DNA of 64,000 nucleotides from a virus (Duplodnaviria > Caudoviricetes): positions 11,154-75,153 of the IMG/VR virus record IMGVR_UViG_3300044652_000022; one strand, written 5' to 3'. The notes under the pieces were generated by a model. The model ran no database searches and had not been told where the DNA came from. It saw nothing but the letters and a program-made list of their open reading frames with translations. Positions 33,326 to 42,744 of this stretch are shown piece after piece. The translations under genes and the position numbers were made by a program. How positions within the stretch are numbered: position 1 is the stretch's first letter; every line of letters begins with the position of its first letter.

Positions 33326-33525
33326 GGATTTGGCACGCCATCCGCCAGGTGTTCTGCCTCCACCGTCGGTTAGAGTTCGTGCGGAACATTTACGGCGACG
33401 AGATCAACTACAGCGGCGGCAATCGCTCGCTTTGGACATGTTTGAACTGCCACGCGCTGATCGGTAAAAAGAACCTGTACTTCGGAGATAGCGACAGTGA
33501 CGACTATCCCTCCCCCAGTGTTTGA
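33322..33525 (+). CDS. hypothetical protein (FC.H...CxxC)
   Basis: 67 aa, GGAG RBS. Confidence 0.55.
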   Translation: MRIWHAIRQVFCLHRRLEFVRNIYGDEINYSGGNRSLWTCLNCHALIGKKNLYFGDSDSDDYPSPSV

Positions 33526-36500
33526 AAAGATCCCGGACCCGAAGGCGCAGTCGCTCTTAAAGCAGTTTGTGGCGCGTCATTTGAACAGCGGAGCTTCGGA
33601 GCTGGTCGCCTACGTGAAGGCGTATCGAGCACTCGAGGAAGCCGGGTACGCGCGCGGCGACGACGGGACCTGGGTCCTGAAGGACTCGCCCACCATCTCC
33701 GACGTGCATGTTCCTGGCATCTTCCGCTTCCGTCTGCCGCGTCGTCGCCGCAAGCCCAAAAAAGACAAGCCAGCAATTCTGAAGCGCATCAGCGGCAACT
33801 CGGATATCGGGTTGAACGCCAAAGGCTCTGAGGACGCCATGCGCCTTGGGGAGCGGTTAGCGGCGCGTGGGGGGCTGGATGTGCTTTACGCAAGTCCAGT
33901 GGCGCGCGCCGCCCAGACCGCTGAAGCCTTGACCGAAGCCGATCCGTCCTTGACGTACCAGCTGAACAGCGCCCTGGCGCCCTGGCACCTGGGAAAGTAC
34001 GAAGGGCGGATGCCCGAAGAGGTTGGGACGAAAATCGACCGCCTGATCCAGAACCCGGACGACCGTCCTCCAGGCAACGGGCAGGATGCGGTGCCAGGTG
34101 AATCTTTCAACGATTTCAAAAAACGGATTATTACCTTCGTGCATGACGCCGGGATCGAATGGTCCAAGCATCCCGATATGCGCCTCGGGATCGTGATGCA
34201 CTCGCGCCCGCTCGATCTGATAATGGACTGGATCGCGGCTGGTGGTCCTCCTCCAGACTCGTCTTTCCGTCTGCGTCATACGCAGGAACACAACGACAAT
34301 TTGCAGCATGGATCGGTCTGGGTCTGGCGCCTCAACGATATCGAGACGCAGCAGGTGGACCTGAACCTCAACGATCCGCTGCCTGGCGGCGTGTACCTGA
34401 TCCTGCATTGTCTGACGGACGACGACCCGGACGACGGGATCGAACTCGACGCTACCGAAAAACGCTACGTCCCTCCTATCGAAGCCATCCGCGATGCCCA
34501 GGCTTCGTTCGAGGCTGGGTTCACGGTTCCTGAAATCACGGAAAAGCTGGCTTCGGGTGAAGGACTGACGCTCGATGAGGTCGAGCGGATATACGAGTTC
34601 TTCGGGACCGCCTCCAACGATATCGAAAAGCGCGCCTGGGGCGGACCCTTCGCCGCCAAGTGGGTGACGCGCGTTATCCGCAAGGCGTACACGGTCGAGG
34701 AGGACTTTGAAAAGGCAGATGGGCAGTGGGTAACTGTTCATGGTGTGCATGTATTCATCGACAAAAATGGTGTTATCCAAAAAGGTCCTCGCACGCTGAT
34801 TGGGCAACACCATACCGCTGTTACCCACAAGGACGTTGACGCTGTTTTCGAGGACAAAACGCCGCCTTCAATTCCCCCTAAAGGTTCTCCTGTAGAGGCT
34901 TACGCAGAGAACCTTCCGCATTTTGCGTCTTTCTACCTAAAGGATCAGGAGGCTGTTAAAACACTTCGGGATGCCTACTTCGCGCAGGAGCATGGTATTG
35001 CACCGCCCACAGAGGCAGAAAGACAGTGGACAGAGCACAACCAAAAGTTTGACCTGAACGATCCTGCCGTAAAAGCCCAGCAGGAGTTCGTGCAGGCGTG
35101 GATGCGGCATTCCTACCCTGATGGAAAGGTCAAGCTGTACAGAGCCCAATTGGGAGAGCCTCCTAGCAATCAGGTTTCTTACGCCCACGACCGAACGTCC
35201 GCCGTCGAGTTCAAGGAAACAGCGCTACAGGGACAGGGCAAGATCGTTTCGCACACGATCAAGGTCTCCGACATTGTGAATGCGTCGCCCTTTATCGGCT
35301 ACCTGGGGCGAGCCGATGAGCGTGAAGTCGTCGTAAACCGTTCGGTAAAGAAAAACGACGCGGTAGAAAAACAAGGCGGCGGGATCATGGTCGCGTTTAC
35401 CGTGTCCCCAGCGCTTGCGGACTTGCTGCGTGTAGACGACGGCGAGGACTCGGACGACATGCACATTACGCTGGCGTACCTGGGCCAGGTAGATGAAGTG
35501 GATCCCGAGCGCCTCGCCTTTCTCGAGGACGCGCTGGAAGGCTTCGGGTTGACGCATGGGCCAATGACCGGCGACATTTCGGGACCTGCTCGATTCGCTG
35601 CAACGAAGCACAGCGACGACAAGGACGTGGCGATAGCGCTGTTCAATTCCCCAACCATCCAGGAGTTCCGGAACGAACTCGTCCAGACGATTGAAGCGCT
35701 GGGACTGGAGGTAAAAAAGAACTTCGGGTACACGCCGCATATCACGCTGGCGTACATCAGCCCGGACGAGGACATGCCCGTCCAGCGCATCGACCCGGTC
35801 AAGGTGACGTTCGATCAAATCACGTTGTACGTTGGCGGCGAGCGAACGGACTTCGATCTGGTGGGATACGCAGAGCCAGTCACCAAGGCTACCGCCGTGG
35901 ACGAAGGCACCTGGGTGACGATCAATGGCCAGCATGTTTTGATCGGTGCGAACGGAGAGATCCTGCGCGGGAATCCCAAGGTACTTGGACAGCCCAAGCA
36001 AGGTGACCTGCCGCTCCAGCCGGCGATGAAGTTGACGCCGGTAAATGAAAAAGCCTTCAACGGGAAGCAAATCGAGGTCCAGCACAAGCTCTCTAAACTC
36101 GAAACCGGCAAGACAGCAGAGGAAGCCGTCCTCGCGCATTTCCACCAGCAAGGGCTGACGGACGCGCGTCCGCTGAACGAAAAGCACACGAACTTCCCTA
36201 TCGACCTCGTCCAGGACCATCAAGCCATCGAGGTCAAAGGCGGGCTGGTGTCGAATAGCAAAGCCGCGCAGCAGTGGCGTGCGACTATCGGACAGCCAGG
36301 CAAGACGGAAACGGCGTGGCTGAAGCAAGCCGGGAAGGAAGAAAAAGCGGCGTGGAATGATCGCAAGTCCCAGGAGATCCTGAAGCGCAAGGCGGACGCT
36401 GTGAAGGAACTCTCCAAGGAGCACGGAGTCAAATTCAAGGGGTACACAATGACCTCGATTATCAACCCCGACACCAAGACCATCGACCTGTATAAATTCG

Positions 36501-36577
36501 AGGGCTTCCACCTCCGCATCCCGTGGAACTCACCGTCCGCGAAAGCCGCGTACGTCGGAACATTCCGGTATCAATAA
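33497..36577 (+). CDS. polyvalent head-associated polyprotein (ChaB-like, His-phosphatase-like, ART-like, 2H phosphoesterase, PD-(D/E)xK nuclease)
   Basis: 1026 aa; recognisable catalytic motifs for each domain; two WVT..G.HV.I repeats; TAATG-coupled to protease. Confidence 0.85.
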   Translation: MTTIPPPVFEKIPDPKAQSLLKQFVARHLNSGASELVAYVKAYRALEEAGYARGDDGTWVLKDSPTISDVHVPGIFRFRLPRRRRKPKKDKPAILKRISGNSDIGLNAKGSEDAMRLGERLAARGGLDVLYASPVARAAQTAEALTEADPSLTYQLNSALAPWHLGKYEGRMPEEVGTKIDRLIQNPDDRPPGNGQDAVPGESFNDFKKRIITFVHDAGIEWSKHPDMRLGIVMHSRPLDLIMDWIAAGGPPPDSSFRLRHTQEHNDNLQHGSVWVWRLNDIETQQVDLNLNDPLPGGVYLILHCLTDDDPDDGIELDATEKRYVPPIEAIRDAQASFEAGFTVPEITEKLASGEGLTLDEVERIYEFFGTASNDIEKRAWGGPFAAKWVTRVIRKAYTVEEDFEKADGQWVTVHGVHVFIDKNGVIQKGPRTLIGQHHTAVTHKDVDAVFEDKTPPSIPPKGSPVEAYAENLPHFASFYLKDQEAVKTLRDAYFAQEHGIAPPTEAERQWTEHNQKFDLNDPAVKAQQEFVQAWMRHSYPDGKVKLYRAQLGEPPSNQVSYAHDRTSAVEFKETALQGQGKIVSHTIKVSDIVNASPFIGYLGRADEREVVVNRSVKKNDAVEKQGGGIMVAFTVSPALADLLRVDDGEDSDDMHITLAYLGQVDEVDPERLAFLEDALEGFGLTHGPMTGDISGPARFAATKHSDDKDVAIALFNSPTIQEFRNELVQTIEALGLEVKKNFGYTPHITLAYISPDEDMPVQRIDPVKVTFDQITLYVGGERTDFDLVGYAEPVTKATAVDEGTWVTINGQHVLIGANGEILRGNPKVLGQPKQGDLPLQPAMKLTPVNEKAFNGKQIEVQHKLSKLETGKTAEEAVLAHFHQQGLTDARPLNEKHTNFPIDLVQDHQAIEVKGGLVSNSKAAQQWRATIGQPGKTETAWLKQAGKEEKAAWNDRKSQEILKRKADAVKELSKEHGVKFKGYTMTSIINPDTKTIDLYKFEGFHLRIPWNSPSAKAAYVGTFRYQ

Positions 36578-37281
36578 TGCCTGTCCCAAAAGAGGTTGAG
36601 CAGGAGTTCCAGGACGCCCTGGACGCCTACATTAAAGACTGGAAGGCGGACCTTCTCGCTCACGCCAAAGAGTATGAGGCGAAAAAGGAGAAGCGCGAAA
36701 AGCCCAAATGTCCGCATTGCGGATCGAGCGACTACGGGCTTCTCCCTGCCGACTTCGAAACGGCTCGCTGCCACAACTGCGGCAAGACATGGGACCACGG
36801 CATTGTTCCCGGCATCAACGATCCATACGAAAAACGCCAGGTCGAAGTTTCTGGGACGATCACGAAATTGGACAAGAGCCGCCACCTGGTGTTTGGATGG
36901 TTCTCGATTGTCAAGGTGGACGGACGTCCGGTCGTGGACAGCCAGCAGGATATCATCACGCCAGAAACCCTCGAGGACTCTGCCTACCAGTTTGTCTTGA
37001 ACGCGCGAGTGGCTGGCGAGATGCACAACAAGGACGGCGACAACACGGTGGTTGGCGTCGGGCGCCTCGTAGAGTCTGTGGTCTTTACGAAAGAAAAGCA
37101 AGCCGCCATCGTGTCTAGCCTAACCGACCAGCACATCTCTGCCGTGATGGATCTTGGGATGGAGGGCTGGTGGGGCGGCTTTCGCATCGAGGACGAAGCC
37201 ACTTGGGCGAAGGTAGTTACCGGAGAACTGCGCGCCTTCTCGATTGGCGGCAAGGGCAAGCGAGAAAAGATTTCGGAATAG
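36577..37281 (+). CDS. XkdF-like prohead serine protease with N-terminal Zn ribbon
   Basis: ITKLD..HLVFGW, D.Q.D, GEMH, GRLVES, GWW.GF, W..V..GEL..FSIGG; CPHC..CHNC. Confidence 0.88.
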   Translation: MPVPKEVEQEFQDALDAYIKDWKADLLAHAKEYEAKKEKREKPKCPHCGSSDYGLLPADFETARCHNCGKTWDHGIVPGINDPYEKRQVEVSGTITKLDKSRHLVFGWFSIVKVDGRPVVDSQQDIITPETLEDSAYQFVLNARVAGEMHNKDGDNTVVGVGRLVESVVFTKEKQAAIVSSLTDQHISAVMDLGMEGWWGGFRIEDEATWAKVVTGELRAFSIGGKGKREKISE

Positions 37282-37290
37282 GAGTGACAG

Positions 37291-37713
37291 ATGGCCAATA
37301 GCTGGTACAACGTGGCGCTGGACAATTTCGCCAAAAAGCAAATCGACTGGATCAACGACACGATCAAAGCCGTCCTGATCGACTCGGGCGCTTACACGTT
37401 CGCAGCCACGCACGCCGACCTGACCTCGATCCCGACTGGGTCGCGCATCGGGACGCCGCAGACGTTGGCTGGGAAAACAGTTTCAGGAGGCGGCATTTTA
37501 GACGCCAACGACATTACCTTCCCGGCTGTGGCGCAGACCAACCCGACGGTCGAGGCGGTGCTGGTTTACGCGGAAGGCGGCGGTACGGACGCGACACGCA
37601 CGCCGCTCCTGTATTTGGACACCTTCGACGTGGGCGCGCTGTCCGTGCAACCCAACGGCGGCGATATCGCCATCACCTGGGACAACGGGACCAACAAGAT
37701 CGCGAAGTTATGA
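37291..37713 (+). CDS. virion structural protein (fibre/appendage base family)
   Basis: D.IKAVL.D...Y...PNGGDI.I.WDNG.NKI.KL pattern. Confidence 0.7.
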   Translation: MANSWYNVALDNFAKKQIDWINDTIKAVLIDSGAYTFAATHADLTSIPTGSRIGTPQTLAGKTVSGGGILDANDITFPAVAQTNPTVEAVLVYAEGGGTDATRTPLLYLDTFDVGALSVQPNGGDIAITWDNGTNKIAKL

Positions 37714-38156
37714 ACACCGACAGCGTGCGGGTTTTGCTGAACTTCAGCCGCGATACGGATGTTGGGACGTATAGCGACTCCATCAACCTGTCGCAGGAAG
37801 AATACGCTGCCATGACCGCCGACCAAATCGAGGCGATGAAACAGGAGCGTGTGAACGCCTGGGTTAATCTGGTAAAGAACCCGCCACCGCCTCCACCACC
37901 CGATCCCACCGTAAGACGGATCGACAAATGGACGTTTCGGCAGCGGTTCACGTTTAACGAGCAGGCTGCTATCGCTGCCGCACCGCTGAACAACGACCTT
38001 CCGATTCAGGTCCGCGGAGCGGTGCGCGCGATCCTCGACAACCTCGACGCAGCACCCGACGTAGGACTAGACGATCCCGACACCCAGGCAATGCTCCAGC
38101 AGCTAGTCACCTTCGGGCTCCTGACAGCCGATCGTGTTCCTTTAATCCTGAGCTAA
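37710..38156 (+). CDS. hypothetical virion-associated protein
   Basis: 148 aa; RI.K..F..RFT..E...I, V.LDDP.T...L..LV..GLL...R pattern. Confidence 0.6.
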   Translation: MNTDSVRVLLNFSRDTDVGTYSDSINLSQEEYAAMTADQIEAMKQERVNAWVNLVKNPPPPPPPDPTVRRIDKWTFRQRFTFNEQAAIAAAPLNNDLPIQVRGAVRAILDNLDAAPDVGLDDPDTQAMLQQLVTFGLLTADRVPLILS

Positions 38157-38157
38157 C

Positions 38158-41031
38158 GTGGCGACGCGGACTATCAGCAACGCGGGCGGCAATTGGAACG
38201 CCACCGGGACCTGGGTGGAAGGTGCGGTCCCGACGGCCTCCGACGACGTGGTAGCAACCGCTACCAGCGGGAATCTGACGATCAACGCCGCGGCTTCGTG
38301 CCGCTCGATTGACCTGACGAACTACACCGGGACCGTGACGCATAACGCGGCGATATCGCTGTCGATTGGGACTACGACGACCAACGCTAGCAACACGGCG
38401 CTGGTGTTCCCGTCAACCGGGTGGACGTACACACTTGGGAACAGCGCCACTTCCGCTCTGGTGTTCGCCAGCACCTCCGCCACGCAGCAAACGATTGACT
38501 TTGGCGGCAAGACAGTAGGTAACGTGACGTTTAACGGTGCTGGATCGAGCTACCTGCTGTCCAGCGCCATGAACTCTAGCGGAACCTTGACGCTGAACGC
38601 CGGAACATTCAACAGCAACGCCAAAAACGTCACCGCCTCCGTTATCAATACGAACACCGGAACCACGACCCGCGTCCTGACCTTGACGAACTCGACCGTG
38701 ACGCTGACGGGCTCTGGCGTAAACGCCTTCGACAGTGGGAACCCTTCGGGATCGAATCTGACGATCAATGCTACGGGCTCCACCGTCAATATGACCGGTG
38801 CCAGCGCCATCTTTAAAAACGGGTACACGTTCGGGACCCTCAATCTCCAGGCGGCGAATCAGCAAATTGGCAATACAGGATCGGGCGCTTCGGGTACGTA
38901 CACCTCCGTCAATTACACGGGCGGCGGCAACATGGCGATGCAGAATGGAACCTTTACCAATCTGACCGTCACCGGGACTGCCGCCAAGACCGACAATATC
39001 CTAATTCGCGCGATCACCGTAACTGGGACCCTGACGATCAATGGGAACTCGGCCTCGAACCGTCTCCTGATTTCCTCCGATATCGTCAACACCCAGCGCG
39101 TCATCACGCTGCAAGGCGCCGGTGCCAATGTCGTCGCGTCCAACGTCGACTTTATGGATGTTGGGTTTGCCCAGGGCACCGGCGGTCCTGCGATGCCGAT
39201 TAACCTGTCCGCCATTTCAGGTGGAGCAGGTGACGCTGGAGGAAATTCCAACATCACGTTTTCTGCATCCCAGACAAACTACTGGGTAGCGGATACCGGG
39301 AACTGGTCCGACAGCACGAAATGGAAACTTTCTGACCATACCACCGCTGGGCGCGTTCCGCTTCCTCAGGATGACGTGCGTTTCGACGCCAGCAGCTTCA
39401 CGGCGACTGGGAAACAGGTCACGACCGACATGCCGCGCGTTGGTCGCAACGTTGACTTTACCGGCGTCACGAATAGCCCGACGCTAGTGCCCAACGGAAC
39501 TGGGTTGCTGTTCATGGGCAGTTTAACGATGGTGTCGGGCATGACCCAGAACACCACCGTATTCACGTCGTATACGTTTGGCGCCCGAAGCACCGCCATT
39601 ACTATCACTAGCGCAGGCAAAACGCTGCCTGGCGGATTGACGCTGAATCTGGTTGGCGGATCGCTGACCTTGCAGGACGCTTTGAACAGCAACGGTGCGA
39701 TCATCCACAACTTCGGGACCTTCGACGCCGTTTCCTACAACGTCACCGGGCAGAACTTCCAGTCCAACAATAGCAACACCCGCAGCATCAAAATGGGGTC
39801 CGGGACCTGGACGCTGTGGGGTGACTTCACGATCTGGAACACCGCCACCCAGACCAACCTGACGTTCAACGCAGGGACCTCGACGCTGGTCATTTCTTCG
39901 ACTTCAGGCAGCGGGCGCACTTTCACTCCTGGCGGCGGATTGACGTTCTACAACCTGACGATTACAGGTGGCGGAACGGGATCGGTGACGATTCAAAGCG
40001 CTAGCACGTTCCACAACTTGGTAATTGGGGCTCCCAAGACCGTCATCTTCCCGTCGTCAACGACGCAGACCATTACCGGAATCTTCGATGCGGTTGGTTC
40101 GAGCGGGAATGTTATCACGATCCAAGCCAGCACGTCTGGGACCGCCGCCACCTTGAGTAAAGCCAGCGGGATTGCGGTAGCCAATTATCTGTCGCTGAAG
40201 GACAGCACGGCTACGGGTGGAGCGACGTGGTACGCAGGCGCCAACTCGACCACCGTGTCCAACGTCACCGGTTGGACGATGACCAACCCGCCGACGCAAA
40301 CCGAAAACATGACGGCGCGGGCTTCGGTCGTCGCATACGGTTCTCCGCACCTGACCAGCAATCGCACCATGACCCTCACCGCAAAGGGCTCGGCGGTCGC
40401 TTACGGTGCCACGCATTTGACCCCGCCTGCGTCGTTGCTCACACTGACCTCCCGCGCCACCGTCGTCGCATTTGGATCACCGACTTTAAAACAGGCGATC
40501 TTGATGAACCCGGTGGCGCGAGGGTCGGTGGTGGCCTTTGGGACCGCGAGTCTTACGCCAGGTGCTGTCACGCTGCATCCACCTGCGTTATCGGCTGGTG
40601 TACTCGGTGCTGCGCATCTGTCCACGCTGCGGACTGTGTTCCCAAACGCTGTACTCAGCGCGCAAGCGGAAGGCGCTCCCCACCTGTTGTCGGTGTTCAA
40701 TACGCATCCGGTGGGCTTGGCTTCGTCGCGAGTGTTTGGGCAGCCGCATCTTTTCTCGCTGTTCACTTTTCATGCGATTGGGAAAGGGTCGTCCGCCGCG
40801 CCAGGGTTAGCGCACCTGCTCGCGCTGTACCGCATGAATCTGGTTGGCGTCGTGGACCCCGCGCAATTGGGTGTCCCGCATTTTATCCTGTCCAAGTTTT
40901 TCGAACCGATTCTCCTCACCGCAGAATGGAACCCGCAAGTGGACCTCGCTGCGGTGTGGGGGTTCGCAGACGGTGAAGGCAATCTAGAGGGGTCGTTCGT
41001 GGCTGACCTTTCGATGCAGGGTGAGATATGA
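38158..41031 (+). CDS. long beta-helix/fibre-like virion protein
   Basis: Thr/Gly/Asn/Ser-rich, repeated GNW..T.W modules, about nine 22-aa G.[AP]H[LF] repeats at C-terminus. Confidence 0.75.
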   Translation: MATRTISNAGGNWNATGTWVEGAVPTASDDVVATATSGNLTINAAASCRSIDLTNYTGTVTHNAAISLSIGTTTTNASNTALVFPSTGWTYTLGNSATSALVFASTSATQQTIDFGGKTVGNVTFNGAGSSYLLSSAMNSSGTLTLNAGTFNSNAKNVTASVINTNTGTTTRVLTLTNSTVTLTGSGVNAFDSGNPSGSNLTINATGSTVNMTGASAIFKNGYTFGTLNLQAANQQIGNTGSGASGTYTSVNYTGGGNMAMQNGTFTNLTVTGTAAKTDNILIRAITVTGTLTINGNSASNRLLISSDIVNTQRVITLQGAGANVVASNVDFMDVGFAQGTGGPAMPINLSAISGGAGDAGGNSNITFSASQTNYWVADTGNWSDSTKWKLSDHTTAGRVPLPQDDVRFDASSFTATGKQVTTDMPRVGRNVDFTGVTNSPTLVPNGTGLLFMGSLTMVSGMTQNTTVFTSYTFGARSTAITITSAGKTLPGGLTLNLVGGSLTLQDALNSNGAIIHNFGTFDAVSYNVTGQNFQSNNSNTRSIKMGSGTWTLWGDFTIWNTATQTNLTFNAGTSTLVISSTSGSGRTFTPGGGLTFYNLTITGGGTGSVTIQSASTFHNLVIGAPKTVIFPSSTTQTITGIFDAVGSSGNVITIQASTSGTAATLSKASGIAVANYLSLKDSTATGGATWYAGANSTTVSNVTGWTMTNPPTQTENMTARASVVAYGSPHLTSNRTMTLTAKGSAVAYGATHLTPPASLLTLTSRATVVAFGSPTLKQAILMNPVARGSVVAFGTASLTPGAVTLHPPALSAGVLGAAHLSTLRTVFPNAVLSAQAEGAPHLLSVFNTHPVGLASSRVFGQPHLFSLFTFHAIGKGSSAAPGLAHLLALYRMNLVGVVDPAQLGVPHFILSKFFEPILLTAEWNPQVDLAAVWGFADGEGNLEGSFVADLSMQGEI

Positions 41032-41399
41032 GCAAGCAGCAGAACATTGACGAGTTGCCCATCGGCTGCTATCGCCGTCTGAAGGTTACGGTCACGGACC
41101 CGGACAACAATAATGCTCCGCTCGACCTGACCAGCGTCCAGGAGATCCGCTGGGTGCTATCTGCCCTGCCGTCGTACGCGGTCAAGGTAAGCAAAACGCT
41201 GGAAGACGGGATCACGATCCTCGACCAGACCGTGACCGAAAACGTCGGACAGTTCCTGGTTGAAATTGCACCGACCGACACCGACGGCTTCAAGCCAGGT
41301 ATCTATTATCACGAGGCGCGCGTCGTGGATTATCTGGGACGCCCGGACGTGGTGGTCTGGGGAAAAGTCACCGTAAAAGCCAGCCCCTCGAATAGCTAA
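41028..41399 (+). CDS. BppU-like adaptor protein
   Basis: P.DLT...W...K...GI.I....G.F.V.I.P.DT...PG.YYHE..V pattern. Confidence 0.6.
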   Translation: MSKQQNIDELPIGCYRRLKVTVTDPDNNNAPLDLTSVQEIRWVLSALPSYAVKVSKTLEDGITILDQTVTENVGQFLVEIAPTDTDGFKPGIYYHEARVVDYLGRPDVVVWGKVTVKASPSNS

Positions 41400-41409
41400 G
41401 GAGGATTCT

Positions 41410-42744
41410 ATGGCGCAGGAATTGAGAGAACTGGAACTCGAGGAGGTTAGCCTCGTGGACCGCCCGGCCTGTTCAGAAAAAGGCATCCCGCGCGCGAGGA
41501 TCGCGCTGACCAAGCGCCACGCGGAGGTGGTGAAGGCCGGGACCAAGGGCGTCAAATTTGTTATCGGATTTCCCAAGGAGGGCGGTGGAGGATCGGAAGT
41601 CCAGTCCGTAATCTTCGATCAAAACGACTGGACGGAGGATGAAGCGCGGCAGTGGTTGAAAGACCACGACTTCTCCTCAGGCAAGATGGACAAGACAGAA
41701 GGGTCCTTGCGGTTTCGTCAGGCGGACCCGGACAAGTTCGGGAGATTCAGGACCATCTCTCCTGGACAGGTGAAAAAGGAAGGAGACCACTCAATGACGT
41801 TGGAGCAAATCGAAAAGAAAGTCGAGGAGCAGGACAAGGTTCTCAAGGGCATCCAGGATGAGAACACGGTCCTGAAAACCGAAAACGAACTCGTTCTGAA
41901 GATGAACTCCGAGGAGCGCAGGCTATACGCGGTGATGCCCGCAGAGCGCCGCCTCGAGTACATCAACGGCGACGTAGCCAAGCGGAAAAAGCTCCTGGAG
42001 GATCAGGAGAAGGAGGAGAAGGAGAAGGCGCTGGTTGGCGGGCTGGACGACACCCGCAAGGCCGAGTATGCGGCAGCGGGTCCCGCGCGCCGCGCGCAGA
42101 TCCTCAAGGAAGCTGAGGAGGCGCTGGAAAAGAAAAAGACCGCGAAAGCCATGTGCCCCGATTGCGACGGCACGGGCGAGGTGGACGGCGAGGACTGCCC
42201 GACCTGCGATGGCACGGGCGAGGTGGACAGCAGCGAAATGGACAAGCACAAAAAGGAACCGAAAAAGACCGAGAAGCGCGACGACGACCCCCGCATCGTG
42301 GAACTCCAGAAGCGGGCGGCCGAAGCCGAGGACAACGTGGCCAAGGTGACCGCCAAACTCAGCGAGATCGAGAAGCGCGAGCGCCTCGAGAACTTCACCA
42401 AGCGCGCCGAGGAAGAGCTGCCCAATACGCCTGGCAGCCCGGCCGAAAAGGGCGAGATGCTGATGAAAATGGCGGACGCCTTCGGCGGTGTCCACAGCGC
42501 CGAATACAAGCGCTATTTCGGGACGCTGAAGGAGGCGGACAAGATTTACGCCTCGCAGTACACCGAGATCGGCAAGATGGGCGGACCGATCCCGGCGGCC
42601 AAGGTCTGGGACGCGAAGGTGGAGGAGATCGCCAAGCGCGACAAACTCGGCATCGGGAAGGCGACGGCGGTGGCGATGAAGGAAGCGCCCGAACTGTACG
42701 TGGAGTACGAACGCGCCCAGCGGCAACTCGTCCGGTCGATCTAA
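41410..42744 (+). CDS. scaffold protein (protease-tail N-terminus, DnaJ-type Zn repeats, coiled coil); internal start at 41794
   Basis: EVSLVDRPA; EVQSVIFD..W..A..WLK.HDF; CPDCDGTG/CPTCDGTG; AAGGAG before MTLEQ. Confidence 0.8.
   Translation: MAQELRELELEEVSLVDRPACSEKGIPRARIALTKRHAEVVKAGTKGVKFVIGFPKEGGGGSEVQSVIFDQNDWTEDEARQWLKDHDFSSGKMDKTEGSLRFRQADPDKFGRFRTISPGQVKKEGDHSMTLEQIEKKVEEQDKVLKGIQDENTVLKTENELVLKMNSEERRLYAVMPAERRLEYINGDVAKRKKLLEDQEKEEKEKALVGGLDDTRKAEYAAAGPARRAQILKEAEEALEKKKTAKAMCPDCDGTGEVDGEDCPTCDGTGEVDSSEMDKHKKEPKKTEKRDDDPRIVELQKRAAEAEDNVAKVTAKLSEIEKRERLENFTKRAEEELPNTPGSPAEKGEMLMKMADAFGGVHSAEYKRYFGTLKEADKIYASQYTEIGKMGGPIPAAKVWDAKVEEIAKRDKLGIGKATAVAMKEAPELYVEYERAQRQLVRSI

Noticed and set aside
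24015-37281. Inteins, introns or stop-codon reassignment in terL, portal or protease
   Set aside because: Genes are of normal length and uninterrupted under the standard code; no intein C1/HN or LAGLIDADG motifs seen
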